Positions 61,158 to 64,000 of a stretch of DNA of 64,000 nt are shown here, one piece after another. The stretch's first letter is position 1. Each line of letters begins with the position of its first letter. The stretch comes from Eledone cirrhosa. Taxonomy: Eukaryota. The stretch is from positions 73,842,001 through 73,906,000 of the forward strand of contig OZ024742.1 in assembly GCA_964016885.1 (NCBI GenBank), given 5' to 3'. The notes beneath the pieces were generated by a model. It made no database searches. It had not been told where the DNA came from and saw nothing but the letters and a program-made list of their open reading frames with translations. The position numbers and the translations under genes were made by a program.

Positions 61158-61188
61158 AAATTGGGATGGTCTAAAGTTACTGTCTTTC

Positions 61189-61240
<52 letters not shown>

Positions 61241-61245
<5 letters not shown>

Positions 61246-61649
61246 GGAGGTGAGTTTTATTGTAGTACAATAAAGCAATGCAGATATCGGATAAGAAGCA
61301 CTCTACAGTTTGTAGGACTGGAGTATACATAATATATAAGATCAAAAGATGGTTAAATGAGTTCCATGTATTTTATTATGCGCATTTCAAAAACAAATAT
61401 CATCATGCAATAACATTTGTGTTTTCATCAGATAAAATAGGAAGACATGATATGAAGGTTAAAAATACTTGTGGATAGTGCAGTTTTAAATCAACATATG
61501 TTGATTTAAAACTGCACTATCCACAAGTATTTTTAACCTTCATATCATGTCTTCCTATTTTATCTGATGAAAACACAAATGTTATTGCATGATGATATTT
61601 GTTTTTGAAATGCGCATAATAAAATACATGGAACTCATTTAACCATCTT
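61241..61649. mobile_element. Family Y insert with a perfect 304-bp palindrome (61346-61649)
   Basis: The centre is TCAACAT|ATGTTGA with no spacer. (TA)n lies on both sides. Confidence 0.88.
61556..61626 (+). ncRNA. Type I hammerhead ribozyme (mirror at 61369-61439)
   Basis: tattttat CTGATGA aaac-acaaat..atttgt-tttt GAAAT gcgc ATA ataaaata. Confidence 0.82.
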
Positions 61650-61657
61650 ATATATTA

Positions 61658-62105
<448 letters not shown>

Positions 62106-62111
<6 letters not shown>

Positions 62112-63110
62112 GGAAAAGAATGAAACGAAATTTCATTTCTCACTCTTAGTACGGCTGACACCTAAATATAAGTATGTATACGTACATACATATATGTGTA
62201 CAGACGTACAGTAGTATGTATATATATACATACATGCTCAGATATATATATGTACGTATGGGTTTACCGAACATTTATTATAATGTTCGGTTTGTTTGTA
62301 AACAAACAGCCCGAATTACGCCGTACAGTGCTCAGCAACCATCGTCGCCCTTTTGTTCAACACTGACACAGGAACGATGTACTAGTTTCAAGGTTATTAG
62401 CTATCGTCTGCATCGTATACCTTCCTGTCATATGATTGAACGTTTGAAAGTATATACTTTCCTTATGCATATTAACGGCTGAGCAGCCTAATTTGCATAT
62501 CGAGTGAGTTAGTCGGCCGGGCGTACCGAAAACGATAAATGGAAAAGAATGAAACGAAATTTCATTTCTCTCTCTTAGTACGGCTGATACCTAAATATAA
62601 GTATGTATACGTACATACATATATGTGTACAGACGTACAGTAGTATGTATATATATACATACATACATACATATATATATATGTTCGTATGGGTTTATAT
62701 CTGATAGGAAGGTATACGATGCTGACGATAGCTAATAATCTTGAAACTAGTACATCGTTCCTGTGTCAGTGTTGAAGAAAAGGGCGACGAGGGTTGCCGA
62801 GCACTGTACGGCGTAATTCGGGCTGTTTGTTTACAAACAAACCGAACATTATAATAAATGTTCGGTAAACCCATACGTACATATATATATATGTGTGTAT
62901 GTATGTATATATATACATACTACTGTACGTCTATACACATATATGTATGTACGTATACATACTTATATTTAGATATCAGCCGTACTAAGAGTGAGAAATG
63001 AAATTTCGTTTCATTCTTTTCCATTTATCGTTTTCGGTACGCCCGACCGACTAACTCGTTCGATATGCAAATTAGGCTGGTCAGCCGTTAATACGCATAA
63101 GGAAAGTATA
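62106..63110. mobile_element. Non-coding hammerhead-bearing element (retrozyme-like), copy 2: 1.4 units minus plus ~1 unit plus
   Basis: 429-bp period (62106 versus 62535), with an orientation switch at about 62700. HHRs lie at 62374-62416 (minus) and 62716-62758 (plus). Confidence 0.78.
62716..62758 (+). ncRNA. Type I hammerhead ribozyme
   Basis: acgatg CTGACGA tagctaataatctt GAAAC ta GTA catcgt, with a 6-bp stem I and palindromic ACTAGT. Confidence 0.75.
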
Positions 63111-63260
63111 TATATATATATATAATAAGAGTTACGGCCCTTGCCATTCTGAGTTCAAATCCCGCCGAGGTTAACTTTGCCTTTCATCCTTACGGGGTCG
63201 ATAAAATAAAGTACCAGTAGTACACTGGGTAATTGCTGGCCTTGTGCCAAAAGTAGAAAC

Positions 63261-63335
<75 letters not shown>

Positions 63336-63372
63336 ATTGATAAGAAACTGATTTTTGTTTAATGCATTCAAT

Positions 63373-63419
63373 TGCTAACGATCGTTTCTTCCAGACATAG
63401 GTCTGGAATCATCGGAGCA
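63373..63419 (-). ncRNA. Type I hammerhead ribozyme (U4C variant)
   Basis: Reverse complement reads tgct CCGATGA ttccagac-ctat-gtctggaa GAAAC gatc GTT agca. Confidence 0.72.
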
Positions 63420-64000
63420 TATACAATGCTCTGTACAATCTCTGATATTTTGATTGAGCTATTTTTCCTACTGGTAATCGGGTAATACACAGTATTACCC
63501 TTATCTTATTTATAATTATATATATATATTATATGTATAATTATAAATATTATTATTGTTATTATTATTATTATTGTCATTATATATATATTATATATAT
63601 ATCAGTGAAGAATGTTGACTGGGGTAGTTCACTAAGTCTGATGTACATTTTTCACAAATATGAAGGAAGTGGATCGTATATATTTTCTCCATTTCATGTA
63701 ACAATGATTTTTTTTCCTAACCTACTCCCACCCGACACACCGAACCACACCCCATCCCACACATCACCCCACTTCCACTCCACACACCACCCCAGCCTAC
63801 ATCTCTCACATAATAATGACTTCAACAGAAAAAAACAAACAAACAAAACAAAAATGTATAAATAGAGAAAACGTCTAGGATTGCGAGAGTAAAGCAACAC
63901 TGGTGTGAATGTGTAGAAACACTTCTCAGAAGACTGCACAGCAATGTACAGGAAATTCTTGGCCAACTGAAAATTACTGGAAAGGGCATCTACCACCCCT

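Noticed and set aside
63860-64000. Higher-complexity sequence at the window end with open frames
   Set aside because: Truncated by the window edge and no motif recognised.

Overview
Repeat-saturated, AT-rich animal genomic DNA. It is most likely cephalopod (octopus-like), inferred from the extreme (TA)n/(CA)n load and one dominant tRNA-derived SINE. No host gene is recognisable. Coding remnants are all retroelements: at least seven decayed Penelope-like element (PLE) copies or fragments (RT + GIY-YIG), a near full-length frameshifted Tx1/L1-clade LINE sitting in a (GACA)n satellite, and further Tx1, CR1/L2-like and RTE-like fragments. There are also SINEs, MITEs, a probable non-autonomous Helitron, minisatellites and a 200-N gap. 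The most striking signal is about 25-30 minimal type I hammerhead ribozyme (HHR) motifs, found by eye, from many unrelated sequence families. They sit almost entirely in short tail-outward foldback inserts within (TA)n tracts, in PLE 3' ends, and in a ~430-bp non-coding partial-tandem, retrozyme-like element. Some have unusual features: 90-115-nt stem II arms, a U-U pair at the base of stem II, and a GAGTRCT motif near the 3' end shared across families. All structure calls are manual and untested.
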